Numbered from the stretch's first letter, positions 9,726 through 18,518 are shown. The stretch: DNA of 64,000 bases from Vicinamibacterales bacterium (GCA_030827135.1 JAURFE010000001.1:26569-90568), one strand, 5' to 3'. Translations and numbers: made by a program. Notes: a model not told the origin generated them from the sequence alone.

Positions 9726-9755
9726 CCGGCGCGGCGACCGATCTACCATGGCGGC

Positions 9756-10403
9756 ATGGCCGGACCTTTTGACCGGTTTGCCGATCGCCGCGCCGCGGGC
9801 CGCCGGCTGGCCGCCCAGCTCCAGAGATACGCGGGGCGGACCGACACGCTGATCCTCGGGCTGCCGCGCGGCGGGGTGCCGGTGGCCGCGGAGGTTTCCA
9901 GGATCCTCCGGATCCCGTTCGACGTCTTCGTCGTCCGCAAGCTTGGCGCGCCCTGGCATCCAGAGCTGGCCCTGGGCGCGATTGCGGAGGGCGGAATCGA
10001 AGTCCGCCACGAAGAGGCCATGCGGAGCCTCGGCGTCTCGGCCGCTGAACTGGATGAGGTGGCGGCGGTGGAGCACGAGGAACTGCGGCGCCGCATCCTT
10101 GCCTACCGAGGTGAGCGCCCTCGACTCAAGCTTGAGGACCGGATGGTCATTCTGGTCGATGACGGGCTGGCGACCGGCTCGACGATGGAAGCCGCCATCG
10201 CGGCGGTCCGGCACCTTCGGCCCGCGCGTATCGTGGTCGCGGTGCCCGTGGGTGCCCCGGACACGTGCACGCGGATTGAGGCGCAGGTGGACGAACTCGT
10301 GTGCCCGCTCCGGCCACGCGCCTTCGCCGCCGTCGGTGAGTGGTACGACGACTTCGGGCAGACCACCGACGACGAAGTCCGGGCACTGCTCGCTGCGGAA
10401 TAG
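9756..10403 (+). CDS. phosphoribosyltransferase-family protein
   Basis: 215-aa ORF with a PRPP-binding motif (VILVDDGLATGSTMEAA). Confidence 0.8.
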   Translation: MAGPFDRFADRRAAGRRLAAQLQRYAGRTDTLILGLPRGGVPVAAEVSRILRIPFDVFVVRKLGAPWHPELALGAIAEGGIEVRHEEAMRSLGVSAAELDEVAAVEHEELRRRILAYRGERPRLKLEDRMVILVDDGLATGSTMEAAIAAVRHLRPARIVVAVPVGAPDTCTRIEAQVDELVCPLRPRAFAAVGEWYDDFGQTTDDEVRALLAAE

Positions 10404-10479
10404 CCCCCACAGGCACGTGGGAAATTCGCCCCCCTCTCGCTCCCTGTGTATGAACCCCGGCTGGTGCTGCACGCCTGCG

Positions 10480-10495
10480 TGGTACCGGAGTTGCT
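10480..10495 (+). promoter_or_regulatory. candidate sigma-54 (-24/-12) promoter
   Basis: TGGTAC-cggag-TTGCT matches TGGCAC-N5-TTGCW with correct GG/GC spacing. It lies 59 nt upstream of the CBS gene start. Confidence 0.3.
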
Positions 10496-10553
10496 CTCCT
10501 GAGGGATGGGCCCGGGGCCCAATCCCCGGACAATCCGACCTGGAGCGCGCATC

Positions 10554-11045
10554 ATGCAAATCAGGGATCTGATGAGCCATCCGGCAGTGACGTGTCCGAC
10601 CGCCGCAACCCTCGACCATGCCGCGAGGCTGATGTGGGAATTCGACTGCGGCGTGGTCCCGGTCGTCGACGAACACGGCCGCCTGACCGGCGTCGTGACC
10701 GATCGGGACATCTGCATGGCCGCCTACACGCAGGACAAGGTGCTGGGCGACATTTCCGTCACCACGGCCATGGCAAAACACGTCATTGCCCTCCGCGGGG
10801 ACGAGACCCTCGAATCGGCCGAGCACCTCATGGCCGACAACCAGATTCGCCGTCTGCCTGTGCTCGACCGCGATGACCATGTCGTCGGCGTCGTCTCACT
10901 CAACGACATGGCCCGGCTCGCCGAGGCGTCCAGGCGGATCGGCATCGACCGTGAGTTCGTCACGACAATCGCGGCGGTCGGTCAGCCGCACACAGATGCA
11001 CAGGTCCGCCACAACCTGGCGCCACTGACAGTGACCGAACACTGA
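10554..11045 (+). CDS. CBS-domain pair protein
   Basis: ATG with GGAG 8 nt upstream. Two CBS repeats (GVVPVVDEHGRLTGVVTDRDI; RRLPVLDRDDHVVGVVSLNDM). Confidence 0.8.
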   Translation: MQIRDLMSHPAVTCPTAATLDHAARLMWEFDCGVVPVVDEHGRLTGVVTDRDICMAAYTQDKVLGDISVTTAMAKHVIALRGDETLESAEHLMADNQIRRLPVLDRDDHVVGVVSLNDMARLAEASRRIGIDREFVTTIAAVGQPHTDAQVRHNLAPLTVTEH

Positions 11046-11061
11046 CTGATGGAGGCTTGTC

Positions 11062-11511
11062 ATGAACCTGACCAGATGGAATCCGATGCAGGAGATGGAA
11101 GACGTGACGTCGCGCCTGAATCGCTTCTTCGGCCCGGCCGCGATGCGGTGGCCGGCAGTCGAAGGCGGTGAGACGTTCGCTGACTGGGCACCGGCGATGG
11201 ATGTCGAGGAAGGCGACGCCGAGTACCTCCTCAAGGCGGACCTGCCCGCCATGAAGAAGGAGGATGTGAAGATCTCGGTGCAGGACGGCGTGCTGAGCAT
11301 CGAGGGTGAACGCCGGCAGGAGAAGGAGGAGACGGGCCGGAAGTTCCACCGCGTCGAACGCAGCTACGGCACGTTCCTGCGGCGGATGGCTCTCCCCACC
11401 GACGTCGATCAGAAGAAGGTCGTCGCGGACTTCAAGGATGGCGTGCTCAGCATCCACATGCCGAAGTCGCCGGTCTCCACGGCACGCAGGCTGGACGTGA
11501 AGATCAACTGA
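11062..11511 (+). CDS. Hsp20/alpha-crystallin small heat-shock protein
   Basis: 149-aa ORF with a GGAGG RBS. Alpha-crystallin core (PAMDVEEGDAEYLLKADLPAMKKEDVKISVQDGVLSIEGER...ALPTDVDQKKVVADFKDGVLSIHMPK). Confidence 0.9.
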   Translation: MNLTRWNPMQEMEDVTSRLNRFFGPAAMRWPAVEGGETFADWAPAMDVEEGDAEYLLKADLPAMKKEDVKISVQDGVLSIEGERRQEKEETGRKFHRVERSYGTFLRRMALPTDVDQKKVVADFKDGVLSIHMPKSPVSTARRLDVKIN

Positions 11512-11537
11512 CGATCGGTGGCAGAGGGAGCGGCATC

Positions 11538-12062
11538 ATGCGCACCACGAAGCGGTACACGAACACAACCTTCACCCATCGTGTTGACCACGACGGTGGC
11601 CGGCACCGGAGCGCGAAGGCCGCCTCGAGTCCGCGGGTGTGCGCCGGGTGCCGCGCCCTCTACCGGAACAAGCGCTGGACGGCCGGCGGCCAGGGCCCTG
11701 CTCCCCGGCCCCTTGAGCCTGCCGCCCGTCCGGCGCATGTCTTGTGTCCGGCCTGCCGGATGGGCGCCGAGGGACTCTTCTCGGGCGAGGTCCGGGTGTC
11801 CGGCGCGTTCGTTGCGGAGCATCACGCGGAGGTCGAGACGCTGCTGAAACGTGAAGCCGAGCGGGCGGCGGAGGACAATCCCACGAGCCGGATCCTGACG
11901 CTCAATTCACCCGCGCCGGACAAGCTGTGTGTGACCACGACCACCGAACACCTCGCGAAGCGCCTCGGGCAGGCGCTGGCCAAGGCCTATCAGGGCGAGG
12001 TGCACTACGGGTTCTCGCACGGGAACAAGTTCGCGCACGTCACCTGGTCGCGCACCTCCTAG
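11538..12062 (+). CDS. conserved hypothetical zinc-ribbon protein (BCAM0308-like, recalled from memory)
   Basis: 174-aa ORF with a GAGGGAG RBS. Cys pairs CAGC...CPAC. Co-oriented directly after hsp20. Confidence 0.55.
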   Translation: MRTTKRYTNTTFTHRVDHDGGRHRSAKAASSPRVCAGCRALYRNKRWTAGGQGPAPRPLEPAARPAHVLCPACRMGAEGLFSGEVRVSGAFVAEHHAEVETLLKREAERAAEDNPTSRILTLNSPAPDKLCVTTTTEHLAKRLGQALAKAYQGEVHYGFSHGNKFAHVTWSRTS

Positions 12063-12119
12063 GGTCACTGGGTTCGACGCCGGTAATCGGGTCAGGCGAG
12101 CGTGCCGTAGACTTTGTGC

Positions 12120-12356
12120 ATGGCCCGAGGGTGGGAAAGCAAGTCGGTGGAAGCGCAGCAGGCCGATCGCGATCAGGATCGGCCGGCCGATGTGCCGCTG
12201 TCACCCGAGGCCGTCGCGCGCCAGGCCCGGATCAAGGGCATCGAACTCGCCCGGGCGCGGGCACTCGCCGATCTGTCGGCGGCTCGCTCGCCCGCGCATC
12301 GCGCGATGCTTGAATCCGCGATCCGCGCGCTGGACGATCAGCTTCGGCGCGCGTGA
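12120..12356 (+). CDS. hypothetical small protein
   Basis: 78-aa ORF starting at the internal ATG (MARGWESKSVEAQQ...). Charged and helical. No domain recognised. Confidence 0.4.
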   Translation: MARGWESKSVEAQQADRDQDRPADVPLSPEAVARQARIKGIELARARALADLSAARSPAHRAMLESAIRALDDQLRRA

Positions 12357-12436
12357 CCGACCCCATCTTCAAGCGGCGCGACAACTGCACAGGGCCCGAG
12401 GCGGGTACCGGGCTGGGGCGCCAAAGGGTGGAGGGA

Positions 12437-14134
12437 TTATCGGTCGGCCGCGCTGAACTGCGGGGGGTGACGACGCGAGCCAACGGTCCGTTCATATGCA
12501 GCGGCCAGGGCAAGCAACGCCCCTTCCTGGTAGAGGTGGCCGGAGAACATCACCCCGGTTGGCGAGCCGCCGGCCGTGAACCCGTTCGGGACCGCGATTG
12601 ACGGATGGCCGGTCAGACTCATGACCGGATTGAGGCTCGTCGCCGAGTCGAGCGTGAGCGAGGTGAACATCACGGCGTCGACCTCTCGCAGCGCGCGCGC
12701 CACCTCCTGCATGATGAGCGTCCGGCGACGATTGGCCTGCAGGTAATCGACAGCGGTCGTGAGCGAACACGCCCGCAGGTACCGGCTCGTGCGTGGGCGC
12801 AGGCCCGCATGCTGACCGCTCCGCGTGAACGCGTCAAACGCGGCTGCCCGCTCCACATATTCGATGAAGTAGGAGAGGTCTCCGCTCGGCAGGCTGATCG
12901 GATGCAGCGTGCATCCCAGCCCGGCCAACACCGCCAGCGCCCTCTCGTTGTTGGCCCGGGCGTTGGTGTTGGTCTCCGCCTCGAACATGGAGGGTACGTA
13001 TCCGATGCGCCGCGGGAACTGGCGTGCACGCCCATCCCAGGCTAACGGCACGCCTTCGGGCACCGCCAGATCGTGCCCATCGGGCCCCGCAATCACGCTC
13101 AACACCACACCGCAGTCGTCAACCGTGCGACACATCGGGCCAATTTTGTCGAGCGTGGTGCCCGCGGCCATCACACCGTGCCGGCTGACGCGGCCGAAGG
13201 TCGGCCGCAGCCCCACCACCCCGCACCGGACCGCCGGCGAAAGGATTGAACCGCCGGTGTCGGACCCGATCGCAAACCCCACCAGACCGGCCGCGGTCGC
13301 CGCGCCCGAACCCGCCGACGACCCGCTCGATCCTTCCGCCGGGTTCCACGGGTTATTCGTCCGTCCCTTGGCCCACTGATCGCCAAACGCCATCTCCCCC
13401 GTCGACAGTTTCGCGACGAGCACCGCGCCGCCCTCGCGCAACCGCGTGACAACCGTGGCGTCGGTGTCGAACGTCTGCGACGCCAGGTCCGGGGCTCCCC
13501 AGGTGGTAGGCGCGCCGGCGGCCGCAATGATGTCTTTCACGCCGTACGGCACGCCGTGCAGCGGCCCGCGCACACGCCCGGCCGCCAGGTCCGCGTCGGC
13601 CGCGGCTGCTTCCTCAAGGGCCCGGGTCTCGGTCAGCGTCACCACACAGTTGAGGACGCCGTTGTGGCGCTTCAACCGATCGAGATACATGCGTGTCAGC
13701 TCAACCGACGTCGCCTGCCGTGTCCGCACCAGCGCCGCCAGATGCGTCGCCGGCCAGAACGCCACCTCTTCCAGCCTCGCCGGGCGACGCACACGCGGCG
13801 CCGCGGGCAGCCGGGTCGACCCCGACGGCAGTGGCGTGGCCGTGCCTGGAGGGCGCGGGTCGAACTGGAACGGCAGCGGCGAGGCATTGGTCAGGTCGTT
13901 TTTGCCGATGCGCGCCGCACTCGCGAGGAGGCTCGACAGGGAATCCGCCACATCCCGGCACTCGGCATCCGTCCATGTCAGGCCGGCCAGCCGCGCGGCT
14001 TCACGGATGGTCGTGACGTCAAGGACTGCCGTGCCGGGGCGAATCTGGGCCAGCAGACTCTCGGGAAACAGCGTGGACGCGATGCCGGCAAACGCGCAGT
14101 ATCCCAGAAACGTCCGGCGGTGAGTCTCGTTCAT
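12437..14134 (-). CDS. amidase-signature (AS) family amidase, Tat-exported
   Basis: 565-aa ORF. Tat-like leader (HRRTFLGYCAFAGIAS) and AS motif (GSSGSSAGSGAATAAGLVGFAIGSDTGGSILSPA). Confidence 0.9.
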   Translation of the reverse strand: MNETHRRTFLGYCAFAGIASTLFPESLLAQIRPGTAVLDVTTIREAARLAGLTWTDAECRDVADSLSSLLASAARIGKNDLTNASPLPFQFDPRPPGTATPLPSGSTRLPAAPRVRRPARLEEVAFWPATHLAALVRTRQATSVELTRMYLDRLKRHNGVLNCVVTLTETRALEEAAAADADLAAGRVRGPLHGVPYGVKDIIAAAGAPTTWGAPDLASQTFDTDATVVTRLREGGAVLVAKLSTGEMAFGDQWAKGRTNNPWNPAEGSSGSSAGSGAATAAGLVGFAIGSDTGGSILSPAVRCGVVGLRPTFGRVSRHGVMAAGTTLDKIGPMCRTVDDCGVVLSVIAGPDGHDLAVPEGVPLAWDGRARQFPRRIGYVPSMFEAETNTNARANNERALAVLAGLGCTLHPISLPSGDLSYFIEYVERAAAFDAFTRSGQHAGLRPRTSRYLRACSLTTAVDYLQANRRRTLIMQEVARALREVDAVMFTSLTLDSATSLNPVMSLTGHPSIAVPNGFTAGGSPTGVMFSGHLYQEGALLALAAAYERTVGSRRHPPQFSAADR

Positions 14135-14241
14135 CGGGCCAATGGTATCGCCGAAAGCGGCAGACTCCGCTGCTGGTGCGAGGTCCGCGAGCGGTCCTGG
14201 CGCTTGGCTCCAGTGCGCCGCAGGCGCAGAGTCGGCGGGCG

Positions 14242-14331
14242 ATGACGATCGAGGACCTGATTGTGGCCCCTCGGATCTCGGACCCGCAGTTGTCGCCGGA
14301 CGACTTGACCGGAACGAGTCGGGCGGTGTGG
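14242..14331 (+). pseudogene. possible N-terminal remnant of an S9-type (prolyl oligopeptidase/acylaminoacyl) peptidase
   Basis: MTIEDLIVAPRISDPQLSPDDLTG resembles the usual '..IEDL...R.SDPQ.SPDG' N-terminus of S9 peptidases. The similarity stops after about 30 aa, and the 360-bp gap holds no intact gene. Confidence 0.25.
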
Positions 14332-14494
14332 CGCATGGAAAGCCACGCGCCTACCAGACGCCCTCAACCAGAAGGGAGGCTATCAAGGCCTCTGGCAACT
14401 TGCAGAAAATCGAGCGCCAGCGCCTCGAATCAGATGAGCATGCCCGCCGCTTTGGCAGCCGCCGATACCCGCTCACCACGGCGCTCGCCTGGCT

Positions 14495-15319
14495 TCACTT
14501 GGCCTGCAACGCCCCCAGCACCGCGCTCAGCGCCTCGCCCCCGCCGCGCCGGTCGACCTCGGCCATGAAGGTGTCCGCGTTCGGCAGGAAAAATCCGTCG
14601 CGCGGCCAATCGGTCCCGATCTGCGGAGGGTTCTTCAGGCTCGCGGCCTTTTTGAGATACGCGCTGTAGGCGTCCTTCACCGCCGCGCGCACAGCCGTCA
14701 CCATCTTCGCGAGTTCTGCCGGCGACACGCTGCCCTTCGGGTAGGTCCAGGTTGTCGCACCCATGACATCTTCATTGGTCCAGTCGGTCTTGGGGCTGTC
14801 GGGGTGGTTGTTGTGGCATGTCACACAAGGCTGCGGGCGCGAGAAATCCGGAAACATCGCGGTGTAAGCGCCGGTGTCGGCGCTGCGGAAGAACACGGGC
14901 TTGCGGGTCTGTTTGACTTGCTCGAATTGGGTCGCCTGCACGCCCACGAATTTGTTCGACGGCGAAATCGGAAAGTCCGATCCGAGAAACAGCCCGATCG
15001 GCACCGACGTTTTTTTGATGTTGCCCGCAGCTTCGCGCAACAACAGCGCGGGCAGAGGCCCCTCCTCCACCTCCTCGCGTTTCCAGCGCTCGCCGAATTT
15101 CAGCCCGACCTTCTGCCCCGGCCCCACGATCTCGGCGGTGTAGATCGCGCGTGCGGTGGCCTGCTGGTGCGCGATGATCTTGAACGCGGTTTCGATCGGC
15201 ACCGCGCTGCCGCCTTGCGCGCCGCCTTGCTCGGGCAGCTTCGCTGGCGCGGTGACGAAAAGATAGATCCCGAGCACGCCGAGCGCGGCAAGCACGAGAG
15301 TGTAGGTGCGGGAGTTCAT
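14495..15319 (-). CDS. DUF3365 (Tll0287-like) haem-c protein, signal-anchored
   Basis: True start is MNSRTYTLVLAALGVLGIYLF, whose ATG overlaps the upstream stop (ATGA at 15316-15319). Single CxxCH motif (CVTCHNNH). The N-terminal extension in the 465-aa track ORF is spurious. Confidence 0.8.
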   Translation of the reverse strand: MNSRTYTLVLAALGVLGIYLFVTAPAKLPEQGGAQGGSAVPIETAFKIIAHQQATARAIYTAEIVGPGQKVGLKFGERWKREEVEEGPLPALLLREAAGNIKKTSVPIGLFLGSDFPISPSNKFVGVQATQFEQVKQTRKPVFFRSADTGAYTAMFPDFSRPQPCVTCHNNHPDSPKTDWTNEDVMGATTWTYPKGSVSPAELAKMVTAVRAAVKDAYSAYLKKAASLKNPPQIGTDWPRDGFFLPNADTFMAEVDRRGGGEALSAVLGALQAK

Positions 15320-15996
15320 GGGCGTTGTGTCCTTGCTTTGAAGCGACGTTGAGTGCCGTAGATCGACGGGCCGCCAGCCAGATACGCCTCGACCGCCTCG
15401 GGCGGGAGCGCGTCCTTCAAGCGTTTGGGCGTCTCGCGCACGACGTTGCCGTGGAAGTCGTGACACCCCATGCAGCTTTGCCAGTTCTTGTCGGCCACCA
15501 GTTTCGCGTGCGGCACGTCGATCGGGTCGTTCTTGAGGGCGAGCTTGTCGTGGCAGTGCTGGCAACCGGTGGCCGGCATGGTGACGCGCCGACCGGTGTG
15601 CTCCGTGTGGCAGCCGGCGCAAGTGTGCGCCGCCAGCGCGCGCCGCGCCGGCGCGAAGCGCTCCTCGGCAAAGCGGTCGACCGGGTGATCGTCGGCGGCG
15701 CGGGCATGGCAGGCGATGCAATCGCGGTTGTCGACGGGGTGGTGGCCGAAGGCGGTATCGGTCTCGCGAAGATTCAGCCAGTAATGCACCTTGCCCTGAA
15801 TCTGCTGGCGCATCGTGCCGGGCGCGCTCACATGGCAGGCTTCGCAGGCGAGGCTGCTGTGGCCGGTGTTGGCCGGCCCCTTGCTGCGCCATGCATCGGC
15901 CGAGGGCAACACGAGCAGCACGAGCGCCATCACGGCCAGCACCCCCCCCACCACAAAGCCGATCCGGCGCGCCGGATTAATGAGCGGGCGCGCCAT
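15316..15996 (-). CDS. membrane-anchored pentahaem c-type cytochrome
   Basis: True start is MARPLINPARRIGFVVGGVLAVMALVLLVL, whose ATG overlaps the upstream stop (ATGA at 15993-15996). Five CxxCH motifs: CEACH, CIACH, CAGCH, CQHCH, CMGCH. Confidence 0.85.
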   Translation of the reverse strand: MARPLINPARRIGFVVGGVLAVMALVLLVLPSADAWRSKGPANTGHSSLACEACHVSAPGTMRQQIQGKVHYWLNLRETDTAFGHHPVDNRDCIACHARAADDHPVDRFAEERFAPARRALAAHTCAGCHTEHTGRRVTMPATGCQHCHDKLALKNDPIDVPHAKLVADKNWQSCMGCHDFHGNVVRETPKRLKDALPPEAVEAYLAGGPSIYGTQRRFKARTQRP

Positions 15997-18518
15997 CAGT
16001 AGCTCACCACCACCCAGACATGGGCGAGAATCAAACCGATCAAGCCGATCGACAGCGCGATGTGCGCGCCGAGCACAGCATTGCGCCAGCCACTGGGCGC
16101 CGCGCCCGCCTTCTGCGCGCGCAATGGCAGAGCAGTCGCCACAATCAGCAGCATCACAAGAGTCAGCGCCAGCGCATGCCCGTGGCCCAGCCTCGAGGTG
16201 TGAGCCACCAACAAAACCGGCACGCCAACCCCCAGCCAGCGATGGACTTCGCGATGCCGCGCCGCCTGAAACCAGCGCTGCATCCAGCGCAACATCGACA
16301 GCCGCCCCTGCGCCAGCAACAGCGCGAACAACGCAAGCCCGGTGACAAACCCGCCGGTCCATGATGCGTGCATCCAGGCCAGCGGATCGAAGGGCGAGCC
16401 GGCCAGACCATGCGCGAGAAACACAGCCGCCAGCCCCGCCGCGAGCATCGAGGGCAGCGGATTTTGTATGGGCGCAGCAGCGCCCACCTGACCGAATGTC
16501 TCCGCCATGACCCGCGCCGCAGGCACGCCGGATTTCGCCAGCGCGTCGACCACCATGCGCTGAAAGCCGCTCGGCCCGCACACCAGAAACTGCGCGCCTG
16601 AACCGCGACCGAGCGCTTCGATGTCTTGCGATGTGAGCGCGCCTTGTTCGCTGGTGATGTGGCCCGTCACGCGCAGCCACGGCGATTGCTGCGCGAGCGC
16701 GGTGAGTTCGTCGTGGCCTGTCAGCCCGGCGCGGGTGGTTGCGCAGTGAAGCACATGCACCGGGCGGCTTGCGCCCAGCGCCGCGAACGAGCGAACCACG
16801 CAGAGCGCAGGCGTCACACCAATGCCGCCGACCAGACACACCAGAGGCCGCGTGTCGGAAGCCGAGAAATGCACTTGGCCCCTCGGGTGCGAAAGCTCAA
16901 CGCGCGCGCCTTTTTTCAGGCTGAAAAGATGATTCGAAAAGGTGCCGAGCGGATCGCGGCGCACGGTAATTTCGCGCCATCGCGTTTCAGTCACCGGCGA
17001 AGTCAGCGTGTAAGCGCGCTCGACCGGCACACCGTCTTGCACCGCGCGCACCACCACATGCTGCCCGGGCAAGGCTGCATCAAGCGGCGCGGCATCTGCA
17101 GCGAAGCGGAACGAGCGCACCTCCTCGCTGTGATCAACCGTCTCGACCAGCGTGGCCGCATGATAAGCCGCCTGCGCGCCAACGAGGCGCTCGAGGCGCG
17201 GAACGCAGCCCCCACACATCGCGCCCGCGCCGGTGCGGTCCTGCACCAGCGACAAGCGCTGGGCGCCGGTGAAGATGGCCTCGCGCACCGAGGCCTCGGT
17301 GACGCGCATGCATTTGCACACCATATCCGCCGCTGGAGCAAGCAGCAAGGGCGGCAAGCTGCCACTGCGGGTAAAATTTTCGTCGTCAGCCGCCGACCAG
17401 GGTGCGCGATCGATCACGAGCTGATGGATGAGGTCGATCTCGTCCCACTTGCCGATCACGAAGGCTGCAATCAGCCGGTCGTCGACGATTTCGAGCCGGC
17501 GCTCGGCGCCACCTATCGGATCCGCCCACGCAACGGTTCTCACGCGCGCCTCGTCGTAGCGCTCGGCGCAGATCGAAAACACCGGCTCGTCAGCCAGCCG
17601 GGACGCGATCACCGCCGACCCATCGGGCTTGCGGATCAGCAGATTGATCGCAGGCCGGTCGAGGAAGTGACCCGCGTACTGCGTCACCAGCCCGATCGAA
17701 GACAGCGAATACACCCGCTCGAGCGTCGTGAAATACGAGCGAACCCGCGATTCCTTCCCGTGAAGCTCAAGGAAGCGCTCGCGATCGATCACCAGCAATT
17801 CAAGCGGCCCCTCTGCCAACACCGTCGCGCTGCGCGTGCCGTCGCCCAACAACGCCCGCTCGCCGAACGACTGACCTTCCAGCATGCGAGCCACGACCCG
17901 GGAGGCGCCGTCGGATTCACTGCGACACACCGCCGCCACGCCGCGCCTGATCACGAAAAGCTCGGTGCCGATATCGCCTTGCCGGAACACCGCCTCGCCG
18001 TCGTCAAAGCAGCGCGTTTCGAGATCGGCCACTGTGGTGCCGTAAGTCTTCAGGGTCGCGAGGATGGATGATTCCACGGTCAGCCGTGCTTCCGCCTGAG
18101 CGCGGCCGAGCGCCTTGATTTTCACATCGAGCATCGCGCCGTCAGGCAGGACGCGCCGCACATCGGCGCGGTCGATGCGGATCAACACGCTACGACGCAA
18201 CGCGCGCACGCTGGCATTACGCGGCGGCGCGTTTTCCACAAGCGCCTGCTCGCCCACAAAGCGACCCGGCTCGCTGATGCGGGCGAGCCCGACCTCCTCA
18301 TTGCGAAGCAACGTGAAAACCAGCAACTCGCCGTCGACCAGCACCCAAGCGCCCGTCCCGCGCGCACCCTCCTCGATCAGCAATTGCCCGGCATCGAGCG
18401 AAACCAGCGCAGCCGCCTTCGCCAAAGACTCGAGCGCCGCGGCGTCAGCCCCGGACACGAGGCCGGACTGGCGCAGCACATTCGCAATCTGCTCGGTGCT
18501 CAAGCGGGTAAAATCCAA
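15996..18518 (-). CDS. multidomain redox protein: two cNMP-binding domains, an unknown domain, a BFD-like [2Fe-2S] motif, an FNR-type FAD/NAD(P)H reductase and a C-terminal His-rich membrane domain
   Basis: 840-aa ORF with a TTG start and GAGG 5 nt upstream. Phosphate-binding cassettes FVGEQAL..PRNASVRA and FGERALL..TRSATVLA. Cys motif CKCMRV...CGGC. FAD motif RAYTLTS. NAD(P)H motif LVGGIGVTP. Four to five C-terminal TM helices with many His (HREVHRWLG, LLVAHTSRLGHGHA, LGAHIA, LILAHVW). Confidence 0.85.
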   Translation of the reverse strand: MDFTRLSTEQIANVLRQSGLVSGADAAALESLAKAAALVSLDAGQLLIEEGARGTGAWVLVDGELLVFTLLRNEEVGLARISEPGRFVGEQALVENAPPRNASVRALRRSVLIRIDRADVRRVLPDGAMLDVKIKALGRAQAEARLTVESSILATLKTYGTTVADLETRCFDDGEAVFRQGDIGTELFVIRRGVAAVCRSESDGASRVVARMLEGQSFGERALLGDGTRSATVLAEGPLELLVIDRERFLELHGKESRVRSYFTTLERVYSLSSIGLVTQYAGHFLDRPAINLLIRKPDGSAVIASRLADEPVFSICAERYDEARVRTVAWADPIGGAERRLEIVDDRLIAAFVIGKWDEIDLIHQLVIDRAPWSAADDENFTRSGSLPPLLLAPAADMVCKCMRVTEASVREAIFTGAQRLSLVQDRTGAGAMCGGCVPRLERLVGAQAAYHAATLVETVDHSEEVRSFRFAADAAPLDAALPGQHVVVRAVQDGVPVERAYTLTSPVTETRWREITVRRDPLGTFSNHLFSLKKGARVELSHPRGQVHFSASDTRPLVCLVGGIGVTPALCVVRSFAALGASRPVHVLHCATTRAGLTGHDELTALAQQSPWLRVTGHITSEQGALTSQDIEALGRGSGAQFLVCGPSGFQRMVVDALAKSGVPAARVMAETFGQVGAAAPIQNPLPSMLAAGLAAVFLAHGLAGSPFDPLAWMHASWTGGFVTGLALFALLLAQGRLSMLRWMQRWFQAARHREVHRWLGVGVPVLLVAHTSRLGHGHALALTLVMLLIVATALPLRAQKAGAAPSGWRNAVLGAHIALSIGLIGLILAHVWVVVSY

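Noticed and set aside
14495-16839. N-terminal extensions in the 465-aa and 507-aa track ORFs covering the two cytochrome genes
   Set aside because: The upstream parts are Arg/Pro-rich junk that overlaps the preceding genes in another frame. Internal ATGs give proper signal-anchor N-termini (MNSRTYTLVLAAL.., MARPLINPARRIGFVV..) and form ATGA overlaps with the upstream stops.
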